Shown in pieces: positions 1 to 10,361 of a DNA stretch of 64,000 nt (its first letter is position 1; each line of letters starts with the position of its first letter). Made by a program: the position numbers and the translations under genes. Source of the stretch: a virus (lineage: Duplodnaviria > Heunggongvirae > Uroviricota > Caudoviricetes); IMG/VR virus record IMGVR_UViG_3300034061_003277, positions 64,479-128,478 of that record. One strand, 5' to 3'. Under the pieces are notes generated by a model. It was not told the DNA's origin, searched no databases, and saw only the letters and a list, made by a program, of their open reading frames with translations.

Positions 1-2
1 AT

Positions 3-1232
3 ATTGTACCTACTTCTTTGCCATATGTTAATATGTTTGTGACTGAGTCATGGGACACAGTATCACAATACACACAATTAAGTGATCAAAATTACCCATC
101 TTTAAGTAGTGAAATACCAAATGTTAATTTATTAGAAGTAGCATTCTCACCTCAAAATGAGATTGATGATGATATTATAGCTTCATTAGGTTATTTTAAT
201 ATCGGTGAATTTATAGGCGACCCAAGATATGTCTCGTCTTCAAATACTAATTATACAGATCTATATAGATTAAGTGAGGATTATTTCAAGAAATATTTCC
301 TTAACTATACTTTATATGATTACATAAGATTAATTAAATTCTTTGACAACTCATTATTTAAGTTAATTAAAGATTTTATACCTGCTAGAACTAACCTAGT
401 ATCAGGAATAGCAGTTAAATCTCATTTATTAGAGCGAAACAGATACCCTCAACCTCAAATGAGTTGGGAGTCAGTTGAATACTCAGGATCTATAGACACT
501 GCATTTATATCAGGTAGTACAGGGGGTGTTCTAAATCCTTATAATATTTTAATTGATAGTGTTCCTTTTCAAACTGATAATGAAAATTATAATTTAACAC
601 CCTCACCTATTAATCCATTTATCAATTCTACACCAACATCTAGTTTTGATTATGTTTCATGGTCACCTGAATCTGGAGAATTGGTAACATATTTTTATGG
701 GTTTATAAAACTCCAAACAACTGGGGTCGTAGGAAGCTCAGGGACAGCTATTGTAGAATATATATCATCTATTAATGGTCTACTTGAAACTAACACAGAA
801 ATCAGCAACACATCCAATTTCTTCCCATGTGTGTATGGAGAAAAATTCTCAGTACTAATAAGTTCAACTACTTCATTTTTACCTATATATAATTCAAGAT
901 TCATAATTAATAATGTAGTTCCATTTTCAAACCAAGCTTGGTATGAGACTACTATAGGACCATCTGGATCAACATTGTTACTTAATAGCTCTCAAGAAGA
1001 GTTTTACGACGGAGAATTTTCAGGAAGTATTATAGAAGTGACAGATGGGGAACTAAACCCATATAATCCTTTTAAATATATTAACCCAACTGAATTTACA
1101 TTCACCCCAATACTATACAAATATAATATTAACACTAGTAATCCTGAAATAATTACACCATCTGCTGATTTTGTAAATGACAATACTTCACCAAATCAAG
1201 GAGAAATATATTTATGGTTTGGATTTAACTAA
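3..1232 (+). CDS. Virion/baseplate structural protein, 5'-truncated by window edge
   Basis: Frame is open from the first in-frame codon (att gta cct act tct ttg...), so the true start lies upstream of the window; S/T/N-rich; DYIRLIKFFDNSLFKLIKDFIPAR segment resembles baseplate wedge-type proteins of large myophages. Confidence 0.6.
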   Translation: MVPTSLPYVNMFVTESWDTVSQYTQLSDQNYPSLSSEIPNVNLLEVAFSPQNEIDDDIIASLGYFNIGEFIGDPRYVSSSNTNYTDLYRLSEDYFKKYFLNYTLYDYIRLIKFFDNSLFKLIKDFIPARTNLVSGIAVKSHLLERNRYPQPQMSWESVEYSGSIDTAFISGSTGGVLNPYNILIDSVPFQTDNENYNLTPSPINPFINSTPTSSFDYVSWSPESGELVTYFYGFIKLQTTGVVGSSGTAIVEYISSINGLLETNTEISNTSNFFPCVYGEKFSVLISSTTSFLPIYNSRFIINNVVPFSNQAWYETTIGPSGSTLLLNSSQEEFYDGEFSGSIIEVTDGELNPYNPFKYINPTEFTFTPILYKYNINTSNPEIITPSADFVNDNTSPNQGEIYLWFGFN

Positions 1233-1248
1233 TAAGTTTTTATATTAT
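1218..1248 (+). promoter_or_regulatory. Possible Bacteroidota-type host-sigma promoter (TTTG-N19-TATATTAT)
   Basis: TTTG at 1218, TATATTAT at 1241; same architecture as the site at 7048; 8 nt upstream of the ATG at 1257. Confidence 0.35.
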
Positions 1249-1256
1249 ACAACATA

Positions 1257-3845
1257 ATGAGCAGCCCAGCAGTACACTATGCTAAAATTAGCAAAATAAA
1301 TAAAGAAGGATTTGACATAACCGGCTATCTTTCTCAACTTAACACATTCACAATACAATCTGATGATGTTGGGGAGTTAAACTATAATATTTTATCCTCT
1401 CAAGAGCATCCTACATATTACTTATATCAAGTTGAACCGGTATATACTACATCCTCTTATTACCAAATTTTAGATTATACGTTAAGTGCGGCTAGAGATG
1501 GCATAATTACTGGTAACATAGGCAGCACAGTTATTAGTAATTATACTAGTGTAGACAGTAACCCAAATTCTTATTTCACTGCTTCAAGTGGTGATTATTA
1601 TTTTTACGACACACCTAATATAAGTCTATCGTCTTCATTTACATGCTCATTACTTCTAGATCCAACAACATTTTTAGGCACAGGTAGTAGAGTATTTGTA
1701 AGAATAGCCAGACCTGATGGGGTAGTTTTAACAAAAGATATGTATGATCTAAGCGGATACAATCTCGCCTTTAATCCTACCATATCTGGCTCAACAGTAT
1801 TATCTTTTAATACTCTTTCAACACCATACCCATACAACCCAGGAATTATAGAAAACTCATCGCTTCGAGTATGGGTTACAAATGAAGACCCAGGAGGAGG
1901 AATTGGTGGCCCAGTGAAAATTAAAGACTTCCAATTTAATATATTTCAATCTACAAATCCACAAACCCCACCTGATAGTACTGTTGTATTCTCACCAGAC
2001 CAAGTAAACTTCTTCTATTCAGATTATAATCCGTTATATGGAAATGCTGAGATAAATAGGATATCTCAATTTAGAATGGATGTTGATTATTCTGATAATC
2101 CTTTAGTACCTATTAATTTTGACCAACTGATATCCGGATCCGCAACAAGAGCTGAAGTTCAAGATTCTAATTATGCTTCTCAAGCTTGGTCTAATATAAG
2201 GTATAATGGGTGTGCATCCACAGCTATATTCTCCCAGCTAAATGATGGATTTAATGCTCCTGCAACCCCTCCTGTACCTAATGCTTTAGATAGTGGTTAT
2301 GGTGCTCTTTCACCTGCTGAAAAGAATGAGGCCCTTTTTGCTTATTTTGAAGGAGTAGAAGGAACAGGACCTGAAATTATAGGCCAGACTGCTTATCTTG
2401 TTAAATGGATTATAGACGAAAAAGGAAACGTAACTGACCCTGAAGTTAATATAGATCCATTCACTGGTTTGCAACAAAATGTAGGTGTTATAAATCTAAC
2501 AGATACATTTGAGCCTGGTAAGAATGCCAATGTATCTTTAATATCTAATGACCCATTATTAACATCTAATCCAAATGATGACGCATTAACAGGAATACAT
2601 CCTATAACACACCTTGGAAGAATAAACAGTATACTTATTACTGAAACTGGGTCTAACTCAATAGATTATCTTAGAACCGCTTCTTTTTCTGAGGTTGTAG
2701 AGGGAGTATCACCATCTGTAAACTATAATTTTTTCGCTCTTAGATCTAGCACCATACAAATAAGTCCTAACAGCCCAGTTATTGTCAACTGGAGTAGCGT
2801 AACATCAGATCCATCTAACGCATTCACTCCTCATACTACTTATTACGAATCGCCAGGAGATACTACAGTAGATAATATTCAAGTACAATTTTCTTCTAGA
2901 ATTATAGTAAGAAATACACTTGATGACGATAATACTAACCCAACAATATCTCTAGCAATTGAAAAATCAACAGATGGAGGAGCGACATGGCAGGCTATTC
3001 CTATCACAGGGCAATTTAGACAAGGAAATAATACTGGGTGGTGGCAAAATCCTACTTATTACAATGGAAATAACCAATGGGGATTTATAGGTATAAGTTT
3101 AGCTTTAGGTGCTCCTAATATGTTAAATGAAATTAAAATAGCTACGCCATATATAGATCTAAATACTGGTGACAGAGTTAGATTATATATAAATAGCACT
3201 GATGGTTATAAATTATACGGATTAGACGAAGATGCCAACACTTGGTTCACAGCAAACATGACATATAATCCCCAACTAGAAGCCACTTCTAGTTACTGGA
3301 GAGTAGGTACCTACCACCCAGCATATTCTCGTGAACTTACAGTCCTAACCGCTTCAAATCAATTAAACCAAATATATAACTCTCAGGTACCATATTATCA
3401 AAATATTTATACTGGAATAGATACAACAACATCTCCTCCTACACCTACATCTACAGTTTTAGATTTTGGGTTTAGTGTTCCTCAAATAGCTTTTAATAAT
3501 GGTGATATGGGAGGCCCACGCCCTGGAGATTATATAAGATTTGAATATAATCCTAATCAAGTATATAATATCAAACAAATAGGAGTAGTGACTAATCCTT
3601 CATCTTCATATTTTGGAAATTTAACACTTTCTGTTTTCCCTCCTATCCCCTCTACTGCTAACCTAAACCATTTTAATATATATCGGGTAGTGAATGATGG
3701 CTCATCAGTTATATTAGATGTGCCTAAACCTACAAGTGGTTATAGTTTTAGCGGATTATTATACCCTCAATTCTTAAGTGAAACATTACAAGCATCATCT
3801 TCAGCGATAGTTCAAGATCTATCAACGAAAGGAATAATATCATAA
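1257..3845 (+). CDS. Large virion structural protein (862 aa), probably baseplate-associated
   Basis: Long ORF, beta-rich S/T/N/P composition, within the structural block. Confidence 0.6.
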   Translation: MSSPAVHYAKISKINKEGFDITGYLSQLNTFTIQSDDVGELNYNILSSQEHPTYYLYQVEPVYTTSSYYQILDYTLSAARDGIITGNIGSTVISNYTSVDSNPNSYFTASSGDYYFYDTPNISLSSSFTCSLLLDPTTFLGTGSRVFVRIARPDGVVLTKDMYDLSGYNLAFNPTISGSTVLSFNTLSTPYPYNPGIIENSSLRVWVTNEDPGGGIGGPVKIKDFQFNIFQSTNPQTPPDSTVVFSPDQVNFFYSDYNPLYGNAEINRISQFRMDVDYSDNPLVPINFDQLISGSATRAEVQDSNYASQAWSNIRYNGCASTAIFSQLNDGFNAPATPPVPNALDSGYGALSPAEKNEALFAYFEGVEGTGPEIIGQTAYLVKWIIDEKGNVTDPEVNIDPFTGLQQNVGVINLTDTFEPGKNANVSLISNDPLLTSNPNDDALTGIHPITHLGRINSILITETGSNSIDYLRTASFSEVVEGVSPSVNYNFFALRSSTIQISPNSPVIVNWSSVTSDPSNAFTPHTTYYESPGDTTVDNIQVQFSSRIIVRNTLDDDNTNPTISLAIEKSTDGGATWQAIPITGQFRQGNNTGWWQNPTYYNGNNQWGFIGISLALGAPNMLNEIKIATPYIDLNTGDRVRLYINSTDGYKLYGLDEDANTWFTANMTYNPQLEATSSYWRVGTYHPAYSRELTVLTASNQLNQIYNSQVPYYQNIYTGIDTTTSPPTPTSTVLDFGFSVPQIAFNNGDMGGPRPGDYIRFEYNPNQVYNIKQIGVVTNPSSSYFGNLTLSVFPPIPSTANLNHFNIYRVVNDGSSVILDVPKPTSGYSFSGLLYPQFLSETLQASSSAIVQDLSTKGIIS

Positions 3846-3853
3846 TATTTATA
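3846..3853 (+). promoter_or_regulatory. Putative phage late promoter TATTTATA
   Basis: Motif recurs upstream of >20 genes in the window. Confidence 0.65.
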
Positions 3854-3871
3854 ATAAAAAACATATAAAAA

Positions 3872-4534
3872 ATGGGATTTCTTAATAACCAAATAGTAAC
3901 AGTTGACGCTATATTAACTACAAAAGGTAGAGAATTATTAGCTAAAAACGACGGCTCTTTCAGAATTACACAGTTTGCTTTATCTGACGACGAGATAGAT
4001 TATACTCTTTATAACCCAACAAACCCATCAGGTTCTGCTTATTATGGACAAGCTATAGAAAACATGCCTCTTTTAGAAGCATTTTCTAATGAAACTCAAG
4101 ATATGAAATATTTACTTACTACTCTACCAAGAGGAACAGCTAAATTACCTATAATTGATGTCGGATACACAGCTATTACTTTAAATCAAGGAGCTTCATT
4201 AAGTATAACACCTCAAACTCTTAACTATTTAGGAGCCACCCAAACATATGAGACATCAGGATATACTGCAACTATAGCAGATGTTCGACTAATGAATACA
4301 TTTACTGGAACTGGTATTAATACAGCCGCTGCCCAAGCTGCTAACTCAACAACAACACTAGGAACTAACGTTTCTAAAACAGTTATTGGTACTACTATTA
4401 GTTTAACAGCAACTACTGTTAATATTTTATTCGGTTCATTAACATCTTTAAGCACTACATTAACTATTGTAGGTAGAGATAGTGGAGCAAGAATAACTGT
4501 TCCTTTAGTTGTAACTCAAGCTAACGCTTGCTAA
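3872..4534 (+). CDS. Virion structural protein (220 aa)
   Basis: TVDAILTTKGRELLA...ITQFALSDDEIDY N-terminus resembles tail-collar/baseplate fibre attachment proteins; late motif upstream. Confidence 0.6.
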   Translation: MGFLNNQIVTVDAILTTKGRELLAKNDGSFRITQFALSDDEIDYTLYNPTNPSGSAYYGQAIENMPLLEAFSNETQDMKYLLTTLPRGTAKLPIIDVGYTAITLNQGASLSITPQTLNYLGATQTYETSGYTATIADVRLMNTFTGTGINTAAAQAANSTTTLGTNVSKTVIGTTISLTATTVNILFGSLTSLSTTLTIVGRDSGARITVPLVVTQANAC

Positions 4535-4564
4535 TAATTAAATTTATAAAATAAAAATATAAAA

Positions 4565-5623
4565 ATGGCTTATAAAAGACTAGACCCTGAAGATTTTGTA
4601 GTAAGTGCAGACTCAGTAGTAGCACCAGCATGGTCTACTAACATTCCTACTTTAACTGAAATGTACACATCATCAGTACAAGAAATCGGATCATCAGGTA
4701 ATTATTATTTAAGTATATATCAAACTGAGTCTCTCCAAAATAGCGCAGAAGTCCAGTTTAGTATAGCTTACGGAGACGCACAAGGATCAGGTTCATACCT
4801 ATACGACCCAGGAGTACCTACTCTTTCACCAACTCGCACAGTTTATGGGCAATTCCGAAACTTAATATATGGTGATGAAAATGCAGAATTTATTTTTGGA
4901 TCAGTAACTCAACCTAATTTTTATGTTATTTCTGTTAATAGATCTAGATATAAGGAGAGTTTATTCCCAGGAAGTTTAAACTTAACCTTATTCTCAGGTG
5001 TTAACTCTATAATCTTAACAGACAATAGTAATGATGTAACTACTACAACATATTGTGACGCAGGTAGAATCTACCAAATAGTTACGGGAAGTAATGGATA
5101 TGCTGTAGCGTCTGCCCAAGCTAATAATGGAGCTACACTAGGCCAAACACTATCAGGTTCATATGGTTTATTCCTTCCAGATATAGGAACTATAGTATTA
5201 AACCCAGCTGCCCTAGCTTTACCATATATCTCAGGAGGTATAAATTTACAAACTCCTCGAAACTCAAATTTTGATGATAATACTCCTGCTCTTCTATATA
5301 AAAGTGGAAGTGGATATGGTATGACATCTGGATCAGGAGCAGGATCAAGTTTCCAAATTCTAGGACAAGAAACAGTAACATCTGACTTTATATTCATTAG
5401 AGCTCGAAACGCTGAATTTAATTACTCTGTTAACCCAAGCTTTATATCTGGTAGTTCTGGTAATATATTATATGATCAATTTATCCAAAACCCAGTAACA
5501 TATATTACAGGAATTGGATTATATAATGACACTAATAATTTGTTAGCAACAGCTAAACTATCAAAACCGCTTAAAAAAGACTTTACAAAAGAAGCTTTAG
5601 TTAGAGTTAAACTAGATTTCTAA
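4565..5623 (+). CDS. Baseplate/tail-collar-type structural protein (352 aa)
   Basis: C-terminal YITGIGLYND...LLATAKLSKPL domain shared with the next gene. Confidence 0.6.
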   Translation: MAYKRLDPEDFVVSADSVVAPAWSTNIPTLTEMYTSSVQEIGSSGNYYLSIYQTESLQNSAEVQFSIAYGDAQGSGSYLYDPGVPTLSPTRTVYGQFRNLIYGDENAEFIFGSVTQPNFYVISVNRSRYKESLFPGSLNLTLFSGVNSIILTDNSNDVTTTTYCDAGRIYQIVTGSNGYAVASAQANNGATLGQTLSGSYGLFLPDIGTIVLNPAALALPYISGGINLQTPRNSNFDDNTPALLYKSGSGYGMTSGSGAGSSFQILGQETVTSDFIFIRARNAEFNYSVNPSFISGSSGNILYDQFIQNPVTYITGIGLYNDTNNLLATAKLSKPLKKDFTKEALVRVKLDF

Positions 5624-5627
5624 ATGA

Positions 5628-6602
5628 ATGGGTGCATGGAAATCACTTACAACCTCAGATGTTACGGTTGTACCGTTTGTTGTAAATAAAAGTTTCGCTT
5701 TTATAGGGACTAGTTCCTTTGTAGAACCTGAAGTTGGTATTGATAGATTAATTGGGACTTATATTCCTAATTCTATTCCTTTTAGAGAAGATTTAGACCC
5801 CACAACTGGGTTTGTGGGGACTTACTATCAAAGAGATATATATTCTTCTATAAAACAACTTTACTACACAAACTACATACCTAACCCAATAAGTGGATCC
5901 CTTATATCTTATGAGGTAGATCCTACAAGCGGTGGGTTTAATGTAGTCTCAGAAAACCACACTAATACTAATGTATATAGTAGGTTCTATAACTATGAGC
6001 AAACTACTTTATCACAATCTAGATACTTCCCAACTGAATCTGGGGCTCAAATAGGTGTTATATCTATTCCATCAAAATTATTTGGTGAGTATATTAATCC
6101 TAGAACATTTGAATACACATTCAACTACAGTGGCTCTGAAATGACTACACTTTATGATAACGGAGAAGGAAATATATTAGAAAGCGGTTCAAACAATAAT
6201 GTAGGAATAATAACTTACCAACATGGTTTAATAACTATTACTTCTGCTTCATTATTAACTAACTTTACATCATCAGTTAACACTACATGCAGTTTCCAGA
6301 GTGCATGGACTATATTTGAAACACAATATAGATGTACTCTAAGAGAAAATGAATTTAATTATTCCCAAAACCCAAGTGTCATCTCAGGAAGTGGATTCAC
6401 AAATCCTTTAAATACCACTTGCTCCATTGACCAGAGGGGACTAGTATATGGATTCGTCACAGGCTCAGTTTTCAGTCCATATGTAGCAGCTGTTGGTTTA
6501 TATAATGAAGCCCAAGAATTATTAGCTGTGGCTAAATTATCTCAACCACTCCCTACAACAAGAACAACAGATATGACTATAGTAGTTAACTTAGACATGT
6601 AA
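5628..6602 (+). CDS. Baseplate/tail-collar-type structural protein, paralogous C-terminus to 4565..5623 (324 aa)
   Basis: EFNYSQNPS...YVAAVGLYNE...LLAVAKLSQPL matches the preceding gene's C-terminal domain. Confidence 0.6.
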   Translation: MGAWKSLTTSDVTVVPFVVNKSFAFIGTSSFVEPEVGIDRLIGTYIPNSIPFREDLDPTTGFVGTYYQRDIYSSIKQLYYTNYIPNPISGSLISYEVDPTSGGFNVVSENHTNTNVYSRFYNYEQTTLSQSRYFPTESGAQIGVISIPSKLFGEYINPRTFEYTFNYSGSEMTTLYDNGEGNILESGSNNNVGIITYQHGLITITSASLLTNFTSSVNTTCSFQSAWTIFETQYRCTLRENEFNYSQNPSVISGSGFTNPLNTTCSIDQRGLVYGFVTGSVFSPYVAAVGLYNEAQELLAVAKLSQPLPTTRTTDMTIVVNLDM

Positions 6603-6622
6603 AAAAATTAATCTAAAACGTT

Positions 6623-7060
6623 ATGAATTGGTTATATAATAATAAAGGTGTAGAGTCGATAAGTGACCTACCTGAAGGAGCGTATGGGTTTATATACCGT
6701 ATAGTAAGCCCTAGCGGGAAATTTTATATTGGTAAAAAAAGTCTAATCCATAATATTAAAAAAGCTCTCACTAAAAAAGAATTAGCCGAACAATCAGGTC
6801 CTGGCCGTAAAGCTACTAAAAAAGTAGTCCAAAAAGAATCAGATTGGAAAACATATTACGGTTCAGCAAAAGAACTTAAAGACGATTTAGACAAAATTGG
6901 TAAGGAAAACTTCACAAGAGAAATAATAAAAATATGCTATAGTAAAAAATCCTTAACATACTGGGAAATAGCTATACAATGTAAAGAAGACGTCCTACTG
7001 CAAGAGACATATAATGATAACATTTTAGGAAAGTTTTTTCGAAAAGATTTGGAGAGATAA
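6623..7060 (+). CDS. GIY-YIG family endonuclease (Seg-like)
   Basis: GFIY-RIVSPSGK-FYIGKK bipartite GIY-YIG motif, YYGS and a conserved Glu helix. Confidence 0.8.
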   Translation: MNWLYNNKGVESISDLPEGAYGFIYRIVSPSGKFYIGKKSLIHNIKKALTKKELAEQSGPGRKATKKVVQKESDWKTYYGSAKELKDDLDKIGKENFTREIIKICYSKKSLTYWEIAIQCKEDVLLQETYNDNILGKFFRKDLER

Positions 7061-7078
7061 GATTTTATGTTATATTAT
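7048..7078 (+). promoter_or_regulatory. Possible host-sigma promoter (TTTG-N19-TATATTAT) upstream of primase
   Basis: Spacing matches Bacteroidota -33/-7 architecture; variant -7 element. Confidence 0.4.
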
Positions 7079-7082
7079 ATCC

Positions 7083-8012
7083 ATGGTTGATCAACTATTG
7101 ATAACATTAACAGACTCAGTATTAGGCTTAGGCAAGAATACGGCTAGAGGTAATAGAGCGTATCACTGTCCATTTTGTAACCACCATAAACCTAAATTAG
7201 AGGTTAATATGGTTACTAATTCTAAAGGTGAAAATCCATGGAATTGTTGGGTATGTAATAAAAAAGGCAAAAAACTTATTAATTTATTTAAACTACTAAA
7301 AGTAGATCCTATCAAATTACATGAGTTAAAAGCGCTTGTCGGATCATCTAATACAAACGCAAAAGAAATAGTAATAGAGTCGATTCATTTACCTAAAGAA
7401 TTTACACCTCTATACCCAGCTCCTACAAGTATTATAGCACGTCATGCTCTAGCATATTTAAAATCTAGAAATATAACTGAAGAAGATATTATTAAGTATA
7501 ATATAGGTTATTGCGAATACGGGGAGTACGCCAACATGATAGTAATACCTTCTTATGATGGGAATGGGGTGTTAAATTATTTCTCAACCCGAAATTTTAA
7601 TAAAAATTCAACACTTAAATATAAAAACCCACAAATATCTAGAGATATAGTTCCTTTTGAATTTTATATAAATTGGGATTCTCCTTTAGTATTATGTGAA
7701 GGTCCATTTGATGCGTTAGCTATTAAAAGAAATGCTATACCTTTGTTAGGCAAAAATATTTCTAAATCATTAATGAAAAAAATAGTTAAATCATCTACAC
7801 AAAAAATATATATAGCTTTAGATAAAGACGCTATCAAAGCAGCTTTAACATTCTGTGAAGAATTAATAAATGAAGGCAAAAAGGTATATTTAGTAGAATT
7901 ACAAGATAAAGACCCAGGAGAAATGGGTTTTGAAAATTTCACTAATTTAATCCAACAAACTCAAAAACTAACATTCTCAAAATTATTTGAGAAAAAATTA
8001 CAACTAATATGA
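7083..8012 (+). CDS. DNA primase (Zn-finger + Toprim)
   Basis: CPFCNHH...WNCWVC zinc-binding domain; LCEGPFDAL and IALDKDA Toprim motifs; QDKDPGE. Confidence 0.9.
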   Translation: MVDQLLITLTDSVLGLGKNTARGNRAYHCPFCNHHKPKLEVNMVTNSKGENPWNCWVCNKKGKKLINLFKLLKVDPIKLHELKALVGSSNTNAKEIVIESIHLPKEFTPLYPAPTSIIARHALAYLKSRNITEEDIIKYNIGYCEYGEYANMIVIPSYDGNGVLNYFSTRNFNKNSTLKYKNPQISRDIVPFEFYINWDSPLVLCEGPFDALAIKRNAIPLLGKNISKSLMKKIVKSSTQKIYIALDKDAIKAALTFCEELINEGKKVYLVELQDKDPGEMGFENFTNLIQQTQKLTFSKLFEKKLQLI

Positions 8013-8806
8013 TTGAAAAAAATGTAAATGTTAACAAAAAAGCAGTAACTCGTTTAGTAGAAATAGATACTAAAGGAAAACGTGTTAATGTCTTAGATAG
8101 ACGTTTCTACAACAAAAATGGCGAATACTACCCATCTGTAACAAGTATATTACAGTTTATGCCTAAAAATAAGTTTTTTGAAAATTGGCTTAAAGATGTA
8201 GGACATAACGCTGATTTTATCGCTAGAAAAGCAGCAGATGAAGGAACACAAGTTCACGATGCTATTGAGCGTTATTTAGAAGGTGAAAAAATTACCTGGT
8301 TTGACAAAGACGGTAACTCACAATACTCTATGGATACATGGAAAATGATTCTAAAATTTGTAGATTTTTGGGAAACATACACCCCAACATTAGTAGAAAG
8401 TGAAATCCACTTATACTCAGATATTCATAAATTTGCGGGAACATGCGATTTAGTATTAGAAATTAATGGTGAAAAATGGTTAATTGATATTAAAACATCA
8501 AACTCAATCCACACATCATATGATTTACAAACAGCATCATACGCTGTAGCATGGAATGAGACATTTAAAGAAAAAATTGATCGTACTGGTATTTTATGGT
8601 TAAAATCATCTAAACGTGGTGAAGATAAAAAAGGTAAAAAAATCCAAGGTAAAGGATGGGAACTATTTGAATCTGAAAGAAGTATAGAAGAAAACTTTAA
8701 ATTATTTGGATATATATACGAGTTATACAAGTTAGAAAACACAAATTCACCTTCTAGCGAAGAAATACCAACTGAAGTTCAAATTAAACCATCTAAGAAA
8801 AAATAA
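8009..8806 (+). CDS. PD-(D/E)XK superfamily exonuclease
   Basis: YPSVTSIL, GTQVHDAIE, FAGTCDLV...LIDIKTS, YDLQTASYA motifs. Confidence 0.85.
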   Translation: MIEKNVNVNKKAVTRLVEIDTKGKRVNVLDRRFYNKNGEYYPSVTSILQFMPKNKFFENWLKDVGHNADFIARKAADEGTQVHDAIERYLEGEKITWFDKDGNSQYSMDTWKMILKFVDFWETYTPTLVESEIHLYSDIHKFAGTCDLVLEINGEKWLIDIKTSNSIHTSYDLQTASYAVAWNETFKEKIDRTGILWLKSSKRGEDKKGKKIQGKGWELFESERSIEENFKLFGYIYELYKLENTNSPSSEEIPTEVQIKPSKKK

Positions 8807-8838
8807 TATTTATAACAAATTATTGTTAAATATTACCC

Positions 8839-9324
8839 ATGGATTTAAAATACACCGAACTTGCGAATAAGCTTAGTTTAGATAAATATACTTATGAATT
8901 AGTAGAGGAGTTAAAAAAAGAATTACACTATGATAGTGATATTCAAGCAAAACTCCAACCGCATATACTTTCATTAGTTAAACATATGTTAGGTAAGGGG
9001 ATGAATATATCTCCTTTACCTAAAGTATCTTTTATAGACCATGACTCTGAAAACGCTAATAATGTATTAGGCTTAACCGCATATTATGATCCTATTGGTA
9101 AATCCATTACATTATATACATGTAACAGACATCCTAAAGACATACTACGTTCATTTTCCCACGAGATGATCCATCACATGCAAAATCTTGAAGGTAGACT
9201 ACAGGGTAAAATTCATACTCAAAATGTAAATGAAGATGACTATTTACGAGAAATAGAAAGAGAAGCATATGAACTTGGTAATATGACTTTAAGAGAATGG
9301 GAAAACTCGCTAAAGAACAAATAA
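8839..9324 (+). CDS. Putative zinc metallopeptidase (HExxH)
   Basis: SFSHEMIHHMQ followed by EIEREAY; TATTTATA at 8807. Confidence 0.6.
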   Translation: MDLKYTELANKLSLDKYTYELVEELKKELHYDSDIQAKLQPHILSLVKHMLGKGMNISPLPKVSFIDHDSENANNVLGLTAYYDPIGKSITLYTCNRHPKDILRSFSHEMIHHMQNLEGRLQGKIHTQNVNEDDYLREIEREAYELGNMTLREWENSLKNK

Positions 9325-9350
9325 CTAATATTTATTAAAAATAAACACAT

Positions 9351-9764
9351 ATGAAACTTTCTCAGTTAAAAAATTTAATTCTAGAAGCTATACAAGAAGA
9401 TAATTTAGCATCTATGCCTCAAGAAAATATTGATGAGCCAATGAAATTCAAAGGCGTCAATATGATCAAAGACTTTTACGTAGTATCAAAACCAACCCCA
9501 GAAAACCGTGAAAGCTCAGTTCGTAAAGCTAATGTATTCGATGAAGTATTAATGGAAGATACACATGGTGTGTATGAATCTCAAGCTGAAGCCACTCGTG
9601 AAGCTAAAAAACTTACTCAAGAATACAGCTCTCAGTTGCAAGAATTAGAAAGTACTATGGAAGAAGTAAGAGCTCAAAAGAAAGAGTTAGAACTTAGAAG
9701 AAAAGAAGCAGCTGAAAAATTAGCCCAAATGAAAGGCAAAAAGAAAAAAGAAGATAAAAAATAA
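9351..9764 (+). CDS. Hypothetical coiled-coil protein, candidate internal head protein
   Basis: MKLSQLKNLILEAIQE N-terminal helix; TATTTATT at 9329. Confidence 0.6.
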   Translation: MKLSQLKNLILEAIQEDNLASMPQENIDEPMKFKGVNMIKDFYVVSKPTPENRESSVRKANVFDEVLMEDTHGVYESQAEATREAKKLTQEYSSQLQELESTMEEVRAQKKELELRRKEAAEKLAQMKGKKKKEDKK

Positions 9765-9767
9765 ATT

Positions 9768-10337
9768 ATGTCTGATAATGTTCTAAAAAAGCAGTTCCAA
9801 CAAAAAGACGTTCAACGTCTCCGTAATCTTATGACTGGTAAATACGGTGATAAGACTACAGTTGGTATAGGTTACACTAAACAACATGAATTCCATGATG
9901 AAGGTGATATATGGGAAGAAGATGGTCGTCAATGGACTATTAGAAATGGTGTTAAACAAAATATTACTAAATTAGATAAAGCAAAAGAAGCTGTAAATAT
10001 GCCTCTTTTTTGTCCATGTTGTAATAAATTGATGAAAAATAAATATGATAAGCCATTCTATATGCAATATAGAAGATGCTTTGGCTGTCAAGTTGATTTT
10101 GAAACAGAGTTAAGAATAAAAGGACTCTGGGAAGAATATGAAAAACACATCATAAATTCAGATATAGATGGACTAATAAACGAGTTCACAATCTGGATAG
10201 ACGAAGAAATGACTGAAACCAACACCTCATACATTACAGAAGATGGAGAAGTTGAAAGATGGGTAGGTTCTTCAAAACAAAAATTAATACAAAATAAAGA
10301 AGAAACAATTAAATATCTTGAGAGTTTCAAGAGATAA
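9768..10337 (+). CDS. Hypothetical protein with CxxC...CxxC zinc finger
   Basis: CPCC...RRCFGC. Confidence 0.65.
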   Translation: MSDNVLKKQFQQKDVQRLRNLMTGKYGDKTTVGIGYTKQHEFHDEGDIWEEDGRQWTIRNGVKQNITKLDKAKEAVNMPLFCPCCNKLMKNKYDKPFYMQYRRCFGCQVDFETELRIKGLWEEYEKHIINSDIDGLINEFTIWIDEEMTETNTSYITEDGEVERWVGSSKQKLIQNKEETIKYLESFKR

Positions 10338-10361
10338 CAAATATTTATACACAAAATCAAC

